Assembly: GCF_036321535.1 (NCBI RefSeq)
Contig: NC_087447.1
Coordinates: forward strand, 47,866,001-47,930,000
Direction: 5' to 3'
DNA from: Camelus dromedarius
Taxonomy: Eukaryota
Length of the DNA stretch: 64,000 nt
Part shown: positions 11,011-24,756 of the stretch, in pieces
How positions within the stretch are numbered: the stretch's first letter is position 1
Layout: every line of letters begins with the position of its first letter
The notes under the pieces: model-generated
Seen by the model: only the letters and a program-made list of their open reading frames with translations
The model's database searches: none
Told to the model about the DNA's origin: nothing
Program-made: the position numbers and the translations under genes

Positions 11011-14000
11011 GTTTGGGCCTCTTTTCTGACCGCATTTGCTGGTACACTGGCTGCTCCAGCTGTGTTCACCGTTCTTCAGTGTGTTTCACCCAGCCTCTGC
11101 CCTTACTGTTCTCTCTGCCTGGAATGCCATTTTCCTCTATGTGCACTTGGCCATTTCGTTGCTGCCGCCTCCACCATGCCTTCCCTGCCTGCCGAATCAT
11201 CCCTCCCTGCCTGGGCTCCCACAGGGCTCTGGCGCAGGACGTCTGCCTCGGATTGCAGGCCTTCATGTACACGTCCTTTGTCTATGCTGAGCTCCTGAGT
11301 ATAGGACCTGGGGCTCCTGTGTTGTTGAATTCACAGTGGGAACCTGCCAGCTGCAGTGTGGGGAGAGGGCTATCCAGGGGCAGAAACAGCACTGACCGTG
11401 GCACAGAGGAGAGCACAGCTGGTCCCAGAAAGTGAAAGTAGTTCAGGGCCCTGCAGGTTGCATGCGAGGGGCAGGCATGAGTGCTGAGAACAGAGAGGTC
11501 AGCAGGACCCGGGTTTGCCCTTATCCTCAGGCTCTGGGAAGCCATAAAATGCTTAGGCAGGACAATGATTAGGTTAGATTTTTGCTGAGCAAGAACCCCT
11601 CTAGCTGCAGAAAAGGATGGATTGGCCGGGGAGGTGGAAGACAGAGCATGAGATGGCCGCCAACTAAGTTGAGGCAGGGACCACAGGATAAGAGGAGGGG
11701 ATAGTCTGACAAATGCAAAGATGGAGAACACACAGGGCTTGATGAATGGTTTGAAGTGGGGCCTCCCTGGGTTTTCCCACAGGGAAAATGGCAATGAGCA
11801 GGCCCTGCCCCGCTGGCCTCTCCACCTGAGACTGGAGGGTAGCAGGCACTGGCATTGACCACTTTAACCAGTTAGTAACCATCTCTCCCTTGCAGTCCCA
11901 TATACTCCTCACAGCCCAGTCCCACCCCTGGGTAGCGCCCAGGTCAAGCACAAGGCCAGACACTGAGGGAGCGTGGTCAAGTCTGCAAGCTCTAGAAACC
12001 AGAGCCAGGCCTCCTCACCAACCCCACCCCCAGAAGGCTGGTGAGGCTGAGGCCCAGCCTGGCTGAGCTGTGCTGATGGGATCTTCTGGTTCCTTTGGAC
12101 AGAGTGGGACCTGGGCTCCTGCACCAGAGAAGGAACCAGCCCAGACCCACAGTTCCTGGGAGCGGATGGTTCCTTCCTGTTTGGTCCTCATCAGCCATGC
12201 ATTACAGAGGCTGGTATTGGAAGGGAAGTGTGCCCTGGGAATGGTGCTGGGCACAAGGGCCAGGCCAAGGCCAGATGCCAGTGCCGTAGGATCTCCAACG
12301 CTTGCCAGCTGAGGGTTCTCAGGAAGCATGAATCCAGCTGCCCAGCAGTGGGGCTAGGACTAGGACCAGGTATTCTGCCTTCTACACCTGACATCCATCT
12401 CAAGGCCCAAAGAGCTGTGTTTATCCCAGGAGCTAAATGCCTCTCTTCTCTGGGTCTTAGTTTCCTCAGCTGCCAAATGGGTGTGAAGGAGAAGAGGAGA
12501 GAATTCAGGAAGCTCTAAGGCCTCTCCCTACCCAGTCAGAGATGGGAGGGCCTACATGGGCCTGGCAGTTGGAACAAGTTACCCTTCAGAACTCTTCTGA
12601 GTCCCCATCCACCAAAGCCACAGCCTTGCTTCCCCTGGAGAGGAGAGTCAGACTGGGGCAGCAGGCTTGGTAACAGGGTACAGGGGCAGAAGGCCCTCCA
12701 TGGACTCTACAGGGCTGTAGGTCATCCTCTTGCCTGCTCTGGGTCTCAGATTCCCATCCGTGACCTGAGGATCGAAATAGGGCATCTCTGAGAAACTGAC
12801 TCCTCCAGTCTGTCTTTCTAGCACTATGGCTGTCGATGCTTGTGGACAGGAGTGTAGAAGAGGGATAGAAGGCTGCTATAAGCCCGGGTTTCAAGGCCCC
12901 TGATTTGGCCCTACCACCAGCTGGCCCTGCAGCCTCCCTGTCCCAGCCACTTCATGCGGTTGTCTCTGACCTGGACGCTAACCATATCCAATCCATCCTC
13001 CATCCAGCAGCACAAGGAACCTCCTAAATCTCAAATCTGATCATTCCTCTGCCCTGCTTTACAAACCATCGAGGGCTCCTTGGCTGGTATCCACAATGCA
13101 GAGACTAAATTTGTAGCCTGGCATTTGAGTGAGGCCTGTTGGGACCTGGCTCTGATGACCTCTCAGCCTCACCTCCTGTAAACACAAACACATGTAGATA
13201 CCTGTACCCTCATATCTCCAGCAGGTCTCTCTGTGGGGAACACCCTCCCTTTCCTTGTCCATAGTCCACCAAAGAATCATCTCCTCCAGGGAGCCTTCTT
13301 TAGTACCGCAGGCAGAGATAGGGGCCTCCTCTGCCTTTCCAAAGACCCCTTCATCAGTCTTTCCTCCAGGACAAGGACCAGAGCCCAGTGAAGTCTGTGC
13401 ACATTGTAAGCCTCCCTGTAAATACGTATCAAATGAATAAATGAGTGAAAAAGTGAGTGAGTGAATAAGCAAAGACTACAAGTGAGGCCATTCTCAGCTG
13501 GTCTGTGGTAAAATTGAAGCAATGATAGAAGCCCCACTGAGTGAATACCTGCTCGCATGAGATACCAGGCTGGGTGTTCTAGATCCATTACTTCATTTGA
13601 GCCCCAACAGCGCTGTGAGGTGGGTATTATTATCTTTATTTTGTAATTAAGGACACTGAGGCTCAGAGAGGTAAAGTCAGTATTTATAAGAGCCAGGACA
13701 GCAACCAGGTCTGTCAGGTACCAGGCTCTGTAGAGGAGGAAACAGTGATGTGTGGCAGAGGGGTGCAGATGCCAGGAAGGGACATTTGGCCCTAACTGAC
13801 CTGGACCCCACCCAGGGAGAGGGATGGGTTGAGGTGGGTATATGGGACTTAATGGGAGAATTAGAATTAATGAGGCTTGAAGAATTCTGGGTTTTCCAGG
13901 GACTAAGGAGAGACGTGTTCTGGAGTGGATCTCATATCTTGTATGACCACGGGTGGTGCTGGGGGTAGCTAGGTGAGCTTTGTGCCTTCCACCCTTACCT

Positions 14001-14389
14001 CCTCCATGATTGACAGCCCCTCCGATTATATGATACAGACAATTGATGTTTTCTCAAACCAATGCCATGAGCTATGCAAAGGTATCAGTCCCCTCATCTA
14101 CCCCCTCCAGAATACCACCTTTCTTCCCCCCCTCAACCCCCGTTCCCACCTAAACAAACATTCTGGAGAGGCCATGTCTACCCTAAGCGCCACCCTCAAA
14201 TTCCCAGCAGAGTCCAGGCCCTTTCCTGAAAGCCACATAAGCAGCTCCCCTCCCCCAGCCCAGCACCAGCCTCAACGGGGTGATGTCAAACAGAAGTCAC
14301 CTCACAATGGTCTGTTTTTTTCCTAAAGTCTGTTGCATCAAGGTCACTTCTGAGATTGTGTTGACATTCTTGAGCTATCCCTAGAAATT

Positions 14390-14700
14390 CATCCATCCAT
14401 CCATCCAACAAATACATATTGAGTACCTACTTCGTGTCAGGTACTATCCTAGGCACTAGGGATGCAGTAGTGAATAAAATATGAAAACCCCTGCCCTGGT
14501 GGAGTTTATGTTCTGGTGGAAGGAGGCAGACAATAAGCAAACAAGTCAAATAGTATATTCAAAGATGATAAATGCTAAGGAGAAAAATACAGCGGAGGAG
14601 GGGAGTAGGTGGGAGGTTGCAATTTTAGCTAGCGTGGTGGCGGGGAGTGGGGGAACCTCACCACAAAGGTGTCGTTTGAATGACCACCTGAAGGACATGA
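14390..14700 (-). mobile_element. L2 3' end
   Basis: catccatccaacaaatacatattgagtacctac...ctaggcactagggatgcagtagtgaataa. Confidence 0.85.
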
Positions 14701-16719
14701 GGTCTGTCCTGTGTTTTTATACACACTCTACATGCAACAGTGCACTCCTAGACAGGGTCCCCTGTGCCACCCGCTGACCCCCCACATTATACTCTGAGCC
14801 CTGCAGGTGCCCTGACTTTGATCTCTGCCCCCCAGGCCACCTCTCAGGTGCCTACAAAGTGCTGCCCCTCCCACACTAGCTTGGCCATAGATAAGGCCCC
14901 AGTCCCATATGGCTGACATCTGACAGGATGGAGGCAAAGGGTTTTGTCTTCTGGTTTGGAAATGGTTATGGCCTCCTGGCCTCATGCCTGGTTTCTGGGC
15001 TCCACCCCTAGGGTCCCTGGGCCTGGACATGAGCCCTGGACTTGCCTGGTGGGAATGAAGACCAACTGATGAATAGTCTTGGGACAGTCTCTGTAGAGTG
15101 TCCTGGGTGTTTGGGGGCAGCCAAGCTCTAGACCCCCAGAAGAAGGGTTAGATGGGGGAACGGAAGCAGTGACCAGGGGCAGCTCTCAGGACTCAGTATG
15201 ACAAAGCATGTGTTTCAGTGAGCTTTCTCAAGGTGCAATGCAGCAGCCTGGGAGAGAAGGAGTGAGCTCCCCATCATGGGAAATATGTAAGCAGTGGCCA
15301 GACAAGCCTGTCCAAGAGGCTTCAGGGAGCCTCCTTCTCTGAGGTGTTGAGGAAAGCTCTGGGTCAGACACTCTTAAGGCCTCTCTGACCCTGAGGGTCC
15401 AGAACTCAGAGCCTTGTTATTGACCCCTAGGTTCTGGGGTCCAGTTGGGTTTCTTGTCTCTGCTCAGGTGCCAGAGATAGAGCAGGGCCAAGGCAGAGGG
15501 TGAGAGCTGCCTTTTGTGGGAGATGAGGGGTCCTCTGAGGTTTTCTTTGCACACAAACATTACCTGTGAGAGCTATGGACATAGTTGCCTACCTTTGGAG
15601 CCTCAGTGTCTGTCTGTGAAATGGGCAGCACCATAACCCACAGTAAACACTCAGGCAGTGTTGGTGGTCTGAGGGGATTCAGGTAGGCTCAGAGGTGCTA
15701 CTCCTGTAGCCATTACCTTCATCCCCCCAACAAATCTTTTCTGTCATCAGCCAAGACCAAAATTAGATTTGATTTAGCCAGGCAGCACCAAGGACAGAGC
15801 CATGAGGCTCATCTTTACAGACTGGGCCACTAAGTCAACATTTCCCAGTGCCTCTTGGGTGCTGGTGTCTGGAGCCACAAAGGGAAAGCAGACCTTGTCC
15901 TCAATTCCTAACAAAATTAGGGAAGGGAAGGAGTCTGGCTGACATTGCCCCTTGGGCTGTTCTTTTCTGCCCTGATTCTCTGCCCCCTGTCTCAGGCCAC
16001 TCTGTTCCCCAGAGGCAGGATGGTGTGGTAGCTTTACTGTGTACTTTAGGCAAGTTCCTGATCTCTCTGGCCTCATAGGGAAATGTCATTTTTCTTCCTG
16101 AGCATGGACTTTAGTGTTTTTCAGATCTGTGTCCTCATCCTGGCTCACCACTGACTCACTGTGTCACCTTGAGCAAGTCACCAGTCTTCTCTAAGCCCAT
16201 TTTCTTGCCTGTAAAATGGGGATAAACAGCTCACCACACAGGTCCATTGAAGAGCAAAAGAGATCCTGCCATAACAGCACTTAGTTCAGTGGCTGGCACC
16301 AGCTGAGTCACCAAGAACCTGTAGCAGTGAAGTTGTTCAGGAAAATGAGGCATGGGGAAATGGAGTGACCTCCCTAGAGTCACACAGCAAATGGGTGATG
16401 AATCTAGGACTTGAACCTGGGTTTCTAGTTTTCTTGTTTCCTTCTCAGGAGCTACTGACATGACACAGTAGTTACTCTGGAAGCCAGTGAAAGAGGGGCT
16501 CTCCTCATGGGAAATGAACTGGGGAGCTTCCCTGGCTGCCCCCATGGAGACTAGGCTTGACCTGACAGTCCCTCAGTCCCTGTCTGCTCCTCGGCTTGTG
16601 GCCTCCAGGTACATGGTCAGTTCCAGCCTCCACTACAGGGATATGAGGGTTCCGAGGCCAAAGCTGTAAATATGGGCTGTTGAAAGAGGAGTAGGGAGGC
16701 ATGGAGGTACAGGACTATA

Positions 16720-17190
16720 GGCAGGACTCCTGATTTTAAGTGACAATCCTAGGTCAAATGGTCTGAGGCAACAAGGGAATTTATCAGCTTATGCCTCCAG
16801 AAAGTCCAGTGAAAGGTAAAGCTGCAGGCATAGCTGGAACCAGGCGCTCAGTGGTGTTCTCAGGAACCTGTGTGTTCTCATCTCTCAACTCTGCCATCCC
16901 TTGGCTTTATTTTGGACAGTCTCCTCCCTGGTGTATCTTCAGTTCACTGAACAGTGCCTGGCACATAGTTCACCTGGCTCCAGCATCTCCAGGCTCACTT
17001 CCTACCAGCTTTGCAAAGCCAGTGGGAAACCCGTCTCCTTCCCATTGTTTCAGCAAAAGCTTCAAAATCTAAGGCACCCAGTGAAGGTTGCCCATCCGCC
17101 CCCAAGCTGGTTAAAGGGCTGGAGGAGCCCCCTCTTGTCTCATTGGCAGGCCTAGGTCACAGGCCCACCACTCCTAGATCCTCAGGGCTC
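16720..17190. mobile_element. Degenerate old MaLR LTR (MLT1J/K/L-like); similar remnant at ~10060-10440
   Basis: Motifs gggaatttatcagcttatg...gaaaagtccag, gctggaaccagg and ctcattggcaggcctaggtcac. Confidence 0.45.
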
Positions 17191-19730
17191 CAGTGGAAGA
17201 AGGAGGGGAGGCTGTCATCATGAGAAGGGTCTGAGAATTAGGTGGGAGAAAGTAAAGAGGAGCAGAATAGTGACGCCCTGCAGGACTGGCCAGATGGCTG
17301 GACCTGGGCCATCTCTTCCCCAGTGGACTGGAGCCTGGTTATCTGGGAAGACAGGCAAGTCTTAAAGGCAGCAATGGAGGCTTCTAGCCAATTGCACTCC
17401 TTGCATCTAAACAGCACATTTTTTCTTGAAGGGGGATCCAAATGGTGCACCTCCACAGGGAGATTTTAAAAGTGAGACAGGGGTTCCAGGCAAGGAACAG
17501 AGACCCTCTCACACTAGGTCCAGGGAAGAGGGTTTATTGACAGTTCCTGGGATTTCCCAGGGCCTGGGGTGGGAGCTGCTGCAGCCCCCTGGGTGTGGAC
17601 TTGGAAAGCCAGCCATTATGGGTTCTCCGTCTGCTGGCAGGGGCTGCCCTGTTGCATCTGCTATCTGAGCCCCTGTGCTCTCCCACAGTTCCTCAGCCAC
17701 GAGGCTGCCCTTTGACTTCTCAGCCTTGTGCCTACTAGGTTACCGTGGTCTCAGACCTCCTTATTCACATGCCCAAGAGATTTTGCCAGGCCTCAGCTTC
17801 CTCATCTGCAAAGTGAGGGTGGTAGCTCTGAAGAATAAACGAGATGTGGCATGTGAAGCTTTTTTGCGCAGTGAAGCATTTTGCACAATAAAAACATCTG
17901 TCCAGATTGCGGTGGGGATGACATGAGCTCACTGATGGGCAGCTGGGGCCTGGGGCTTAGTAGAGCTACAGGAGATACAAGTTTCCTCTTTGCTCAACCT
18001 ATAGAGGCCAGAGAAAAACTAACGGAAGCAGCCTCAACCCCCAAATTCCCCAAACCTACAGCTTCCCCTTCCTTGCACTCAAAATGGCTGTTTCAGTTCC
18101 AGATTTAATTCCTGCTGAGCAGGAGGTTAGACAAGGGAGTGGAAAAAGAGAAGAGAAATCAGGTTTCTTTCCCTCCTGTACCCTCCTCCTGCCGGGTTTG
18201 CCTGCTTTTGTAGCCAGCCTGATATCACAGGTGAGGTGAATACTCCTCCAGGAGGGGTTGGCTGTGCCCTGTGCCCATTGTCCTCTGGGTGTCAGGGAGG
18301 CACTGGCCCCAGGAACCTAGTCGTTTATCAGGTGACGACTCAGGTTCAGAGAAGGTAGGTGGCTCACCCTTAATCAACAGCAAGTTGTTATGTCCCAGCC
18401 TGTCTGACTCCTCAGGGGAAGGAAGCTGGGTCTTGATCCCTGTCATCCTGTGCCTTTGCTGCTAAGCTTATAGGTCACAGGCGAGCAAGGGGGTTTCCAG
18501 GCCTTGTTTCCCAGAAGGCAGGCAGGCCAAGGTTAGGAGGCCTCTTCCCATGTCTGGTCTGTGCTGGTTCCTGGCTGGCTGGCAGGCGGTGACTCAGGCT
18601 TCCAGCTCCTGCCTCTGGCCATCAGGCCTCCTCATCCCTTCCAGATAAAAAGGCTTAGAGGCTGAGGCGGGGGCAGGCATGGGACAAGGCTACTGAGCCA
18701 GCTAAAGGGGTATCCTGAAACCACAGGATCCAAAAAGCCCAAGGAGTTTCAACCCTTGTCAGTTCTTCTCACATTTTAACTGAATTGCTTCTGCTGCAGG
18801 CATAAACTGACCCCACATGTTGTTGCCTGAATTGAAAAAAGGACACCAGCAGAGGTTGTCCCCTCCGTGGGGTGAGGGACTTCAGTGTTTCTGCCAGTGG
18901 TGTACCTGGATAGGAGATGGGCGGTGAATGCTTGGTGTCAGGGAGCCACTCCCCCAGCCTCTTCCTCAGCCAGGCAGGGCTCAACACTGGCCCTATTGCC
19001 CTGCCAATGTCCCCAGCGGCGGTGTATAGACCTGCCCCCTGCCCTCCTCTGAGGGCTGCTGTCTGAGGGCACAAGCTTGGCCATCCTGGGCAGTCTCCTG
19101 GCGCCATCTCATGGCCAAAGGCTCTCAGGGCAGGGAAGACACTCCTGGGGGAATCCTCTGGTTTGAACATCATGAAGCATGGAATTGCTGGGGAACAATG
19201 GAAAAGGAGGCTGTAGAGTGAGACCATGTTGAAATGCTACTGGGCTGGGACACCTTGGGAAACTCCCTAGCCTTCCTGAGTCTTAGTTCCTTCACTGGTA
19301 AAATGGAGAGAATAATCACCACTACCTGCCCAGAACTGAAGATAAAACATCTGGCACATGGTAGGCAGTTAATAAATGACTCCTGGTGCTGAGGACCCTG
19401 AAATCAGTGGAGACCAGGGTGAACTGAAGGAGCAAGGAGTCCAAAGCTGGGCCTGGAACTGATTCATTCAGTTAACAAACGTTTGTCGCATACTTGCTGT
19501 GTGCTAGGGCAGCTCACATACATGGTTTCATTTAATGCTTACAACAGCCTGTGTGGTTGATACCAGTGATCACTCTCATTTACAGATGAGAAAACTAAAA
19601 GGAAGGAAAAGTCGGATTCTTCACAGAAGGTGGGTGAAAGCATCCCAGGCAGAGGAAACAGCATGTGACAGGCCTGGGGGCTGGAAAGCCCAGTGGGGAA
19701 GGCTGAAGCTGGGCTGGGAGCCCTGGCAGG

Positions 19731-19841
19731 CTTGGGAGCTGGGCAGTGGCACTTGGGAGCAGGGCAGTGGTATTTGGGAACAGGGCAGTGGCACTTGAGA
19801 ACAAGGAAGTGGCACTTGGGAGCTGGGCAGTGGCACTTGAG
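19731..19841. repeat. Minisatellite, 21-bp unit, about 5.3 copies
   Basis: Units start at 19731, 19752, 19773, 19794 and 19815; consensus CTTGGGAGCWGGGCAGTGGCA; copies 1 and 5 are identical. Confidence 0.95.
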
Positions 19842-22800
19842 CTCTGCTTGAGGTTTCCTGATGGGCCAGCCCCTCAGGCTTCCCATCTGGTCCCCTCTTC
19901 GCACAACTCATCCCATGTTCTGGCTGCAGTATTTCTTCTTCATTTCTTGGACAGGGTAGGCTCATCCATCCCCTACCTCTGTGCCTCCTGCCTGTGGTGC
20001 CCTCTTCATTCTTTTTAATGTGTCTAAGTCCTGCCCAGCAAAAGACATGCCTTTTCTAGGAGCTCTTCCACGTCACTCACTCCCAGGTGCACTCATGACC
20101 CCAAATACCCAAGCTCTCCCTCCTGGGCCCCACTCAGGTGGCAGGAACTGAGACCCAAGCCTTGCCCTGGGGCTGACACCTTCAGGAAGCCCTCAGGGCT
20201 GCTCCTATTCTTGGGGCAGACACCGTGGTGGGGGCAACCATAGGAGGTCGTCCTGGGAACCCAGCAGAGGACTGGCTGCTGGACTGAAGGCCAGGCCTCT
20301 TTGCCCTGCTGAGCCCCAGCACAGCTCAGATCAGACCTGGAGGTTCACATCCTCAGCAGGCACAAGTGCCCTCCTAGCACAGACTGGAATAAGCAATAGG
20401 GGCTCAGTTCATGTACGACTGGCCAAGGGTTTACTGGCAGCTCAAACCTGAATTTACTCAGTTTGGTGTAAACTTTTGGCCCAGCCTGGATTCCTCAATC
20501 CCCTTGCCTGTAAAATAGATTTGGTGGTGAGGTTAGTGCTTTCACCTTACGGAGTAAAAAGAGTCTTCCCTCCCTTTATCAAGTCACTCTCACAACATGC
20601 TGGTGGCCAGTATGACCACATTGCATGAGAGGGGGAAGGGGCTCATCCAGAGTCACACAGTGAGTAGGCACCAGGGTAGAACTAGAACCTGGGCCTCAAA
20701 CTCCCCGGGCAGTGTTCTTTCCCTGCATCATTCTTTCCTACCCCCTAGCTGGCTCAGCTGCTCCAAATGAGAGCCTACAACCTCCAGGTCACCCCTTGAA
20801 TGCTGTCTCCAGCACTGGAGTCAGCCTCCTTGGGACAGCGAGGAGCCACATCCTAACAGCTCTTCTTCCTGGCTGGGTGGTGAGGAGGGGTTGGGGGAGG
20901 GCTTGGCACTGACAGGGAGAATCACACTCAGGTTGAGTGTTATCCCCTCAACCCATGCCCCTCACTCCCAGGGAGCTCTGGGCCTGCCATGCTTGTAGAG
21001 AAAACGAAGAGAAGGAGGTAGAGAAAAGGTGGCTGAATAAGTGAGTGTATAAGTGGGTGACCCCAGAGAGGGATGGATGCATCAGTGAATGAACTATTGA
21101 ATGAATGAAGAAAAGAGGGATGGATGGAGGAGTGACTGGGAAGATGACTTGGGTGTTACAGCCAAAGAGGGCCCAAAAGTTCTTTAACCACCAAACAACC
21201 CATTGGACAGATGAGAAGACTGAGAGAGGGCTGAGGAGAAAGGAAGCTGCTGGGTCTGTGGGACTGGTCTTTGACCATCAGCCACTGGTCCTCCCCCACC
21301 TCTCTCTCTGCCCTCTCTTCACCCTCTTTCCTCTGCTGGGGTGGGGAGGGTTCCAGGAAGGAGATCTTTTCTCCTCCTCTTTGCTCCTGAGACTCAGTTT
21401 CCGTCAGGCTTTGTAGTTGAGGGTGGCGGGGAGGGGGTGGCCCTTGCAGGGGCTATTTCAGTCAGAGACAGCCCTGCCAGGAAACAGAGGAAGCTGCCCC
21501 GTCAGAGGTGTTACAGACTGTGCTGAGGGTAGAAGAGTGGAGCGTTTCATATCTGGCCTCCCCTTGACCCAACGCATTTGGAGTTATCAAGGCGCTTCAG
21601 GGATGAGAGACTGCATGTGAGTGTTGGCGCATCTCGGGGCCACAGGCCAGTGGCGGGTTGGGGTGGGGGATAAGGAACCCTGACTTTGGGCAGACAGGCT
21701 GGGTCTAGTGCACACCTAAAGGAGGTCCACAGAGTTGGAGGGACCTAGAGGAAGGGACTCCCCCAACTGGGGGATCAGAAAAGAAAGATGTAAGTTTGAA
21801 TCTGAGCTTGATGGACACTTAGAGTTTGACGAACATAGATGGGTCAAATGGCACTTTGTGTTGAAGAGAACAGCAAAGATGGGGAGGCCAGAGAGGAAAT
21901 ATGGATCTCTGGCTCTGAACGGCTGTGGTATCTTGGAAACACTGTAGCAAGAAAGGAAGGGGCAGAGTGGAATGACCTATGAGGCCTGAGAGCTTGGCAG
22001 GGAGCTTGAATGTCAGGACAAGAGTTTGAGCTTTTCTCCAGAGGGCAGAGAGCTGCAGAGAAAGATGGAGTCAGAGCCACCTGTTAGAAAGCCCCCCACT
22101 GCAGGCAGAGCAGCTGAAGCCCAGGAAGAGGTTGGGGTCTGAGCTGATCCAGGGCATAGGGCCCAAGAGTGAGTGACAGATGTGAGAGCTTGAGAGAGCC
22201 AATGTCAGCTGCTACCTGGAGGCAGGGACTATGCAAGCCCTCCCTGGGGACCAGCTCTTGCCAGGAAGTGGGAGAGCAATTCTCCCCTCTCAGGTCCTCA
22301 GAAGGCAGGGTGGATGACACTTAGGCTTGCCTTTCCTGGGGCACACCTGAAGGTTTGCCTGGGTCCGCTTGAGCAGCCCCTGCCTCCTTCAGAGAGGACC
22401 AGTCTCACTGGAGTGGGGGCCAGAAAACACCTGGAGTCTCCAGTCACCTGCAGGTGGCTCTCTCTCAGGGTGTCTGAGGGTGACAGACCTCTCCAGAGAG
22501 GGTTCAGGGGCACAGCACCGTTCCTTCTACCCACTTTCCTCTCCTTGCCATGACCCTCTGCCCCAGCAGGCTGCTCCACCTTCCTCCCTGCCTAGGGACA
22601 CCCCAGGGGGCCTCACCCCACTCTCTACCCATGGAAATCTTCCTTAGCCACCAGGGACTTGCTCCATTCTTCATCCTCCACTGAAAATGTCTTCTGTCCT
22701 ATGGCTCGCCCTGGTCTCCCAACTCAGACTAGCATATGTACCTGTGTATGAATATGTACCTGTGTACATATATGCATATATCTATGTATGTATGTATCTG

Positions 22801-23913
22801 TCTACATCTACATCTATACACTGTGCCCTGTGCATCCAGCAAGCAGTGAGTACCCATGAAATGCCTGGCATGTGAAAACAAGAGAATGAATACATGAATG
22901 AAAGAATGGCCTGAACACACAAATGAAGAGATGAATGAATGCACTTTCTCTTGCCTGCACTAATCTTGGCTTCCTGGTGACAATGGGTGGACCATCATGC
23001 TTCCTTCATTGGCCTCACCCTCATGCCTAACTGATTAGCTGGGCACCCAGTACTCCTAGCATGTGGGCTGAAGCCCCAGGAAGAATCTTTGATACCTATA
23101 GGTGACGTGACCTGTGGGATACAGACTAGAGAATCCAAACATCCTCATTTTGCAGTTGCCCAGAGGTAAAGTATTTTGATCAAAATCAAATTTTAAGTGG
23201 TGAGAAATTCATTTGAGGAGTTATGTTTTGCTTTAATATAACTTTTGCGTTTGCAGGAATTTATGTTTTTTCTGGGCCTGCCTCAGTTTCTTGCATCTAT
23301 AAAATCGGGAGGGGAGAGGAGATGACTTGACTCCCTATCCCAAAGGCTTTCCCTTATAGGTCCACTGGATTTACGTTGTGAATTCCCTCTGGACACCAGT
23401 AAATGTGGAAATGCCAGTTGGTAGTTGAGTATTCACAAGTCAGACTTATCCCACCAGGGGCCCTCATAAAGCATTTGTTCTGCTGGTTCCGAAAAGGGAG
23501 CCTGAAGGGATGAGTGGAGGGACAAGGTGTATAGCAATAGCATGGCATTTATTAAGCACCTACTGCATACCAGGTCTATGACAGTTTTACTGATAAGGAC
23601 ACAGGCCCAGAAAGGGCAAGCAACATCCCCTAGATAGAACAGCAAAGAAGTAGGGGAGCCGGGATTTGAATCAGGCCTGGCTATCTCTGAAGCTAGATTT
23701 CTAACCTCCACTTTCCATGTCTGTGGGCCATACTATGTTGCCTACTCTGAATAAGGCAGTTTGATTCTGGTTCTGGCTCTGTTTCTAACTTATTAAGTTT
23801 GAGCAGTCACTGCGCCTCACTATGCCTCTATTTCCCTCTCTGTAAAGTAAGCTATAGACTTTACAAATGCTTGGTCCCTTAGCCATTTGCCTTCAGGGAA
23901 ACTGTTTTCACTC

Positions 23914-23932
23914 TGGCCACCAGGGGGCGCTG
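23914..23932 (+). promoter_or_regulatory. CTCF binding motif, forward orientation
   Basis: TGGCCACCAGGGGGCGCTG, essentially the CTCF core consensus. Confidence 0.85.
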
Positions 23933-24062
23933 TGGCTTCAGTGTGGGTTTTTTTTGTTTTTTGGTTTTTTTTTTTTCCCTCCCAGACACAAATTTGTAGC
24001 CTCCCATCCAGTAGAAGGAGACTTAGGGAACTCCTAAATCACCTCCTTCCCCCATCTTACAG

Positions 24063-24118
24063 ATAAGAAGACTGAGGCCAGAAGAAGAACCATGGAAGAT
24101 GGAGCCCAGGCTGAGGAG
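24063..24118 (+). other. P2RY6: Probable alternative non-coding/uORF-bearing 5' exon of P2RY6
   Basis: Acceptor cccatcttacAG (24061-24062). The body ataagaagac...gccagaagaagaaccatgg...caggctgaggag resembles a recalled human P2RY6 5' UTR exon. Candidate donor GAG|GTGGGC (GT at 24119-24120); the donor position is uncertain. Confidence 0.55.
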
Positions 24119-24339
24119 GTGGGCACTGTCCTTAGCTCAGAAGTGTAGACATTCTGCTCATGTGATTAAGTTACCATGGTCTTCCCTGCCCTGGTTCCCA
24201 GGTTGGGCTCTCAGACACAGAGAAGTACCAGATCTGGCACCTCTTAGGAGCTTCCCAATCTGTGGGAAAGAGATAGGCAGGCCCACCATGACCACGGTGT
24301 CCAAACTCCAGGGAGCCCAGGGAAGCCCTGAATCGCATG

Positions 24340-24510
24340 ATTTAGTGCCTCCAACCTCATGACATCCTGAGAGGTGGGTGCATCATTTCCCCCATTTTTC
24401 AGATGGGAAAACTGAGGCTCAGATAAAGTATATCATATCACTAGTCCAAGGTCACATAACTAGTAAGTAGCAGTGCTGGGATTCAAACCAAAGTCTGTTA
24501 ATCTCCACTT
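24340..24510 (-). mobile_element. MIR SINE
   Basis: cccatttttcagatgggaaaactgaggctcaga...ccaaggtcaca...ctgggattcaaacc. Confidence 0.85.
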
Positions 24511-24756
24511 ACAGAGGAGACATTTGACTACGGTTTTGAAAAATGAATAGAAATTCACCAGAAAAGTTGGTGGGAAATGAATATTATAGAAAAAAAGAGA
24601 ATTGTACATCTCCTAAGCTTGAGCTTTATTGTATTCCAGGTCTCCTTAAAGTGAAGGCTGTGGGGGCTTCCGTGGGGGTGGGGGCAAGTATCAGAGACGG
24701 TTCAGGTAGAGAGATCAAGGCCCAGAGAGGGCCAGGGGCCACACAATGAGTGTGAT

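Noticed and set aside
10881..11794. ORFs of 184 aa (+) and 170 aa (-)
   Set aside because: They overlap MIR and L2 remnants and look like chance ORFs.
19731..19841. CRISPR-like array or SPRR/keratin-associated-like coding repeat
   Set aside because: The units are directly adjacent with no spacers, the context is mammalian intron, and there is no supporting gene structure.
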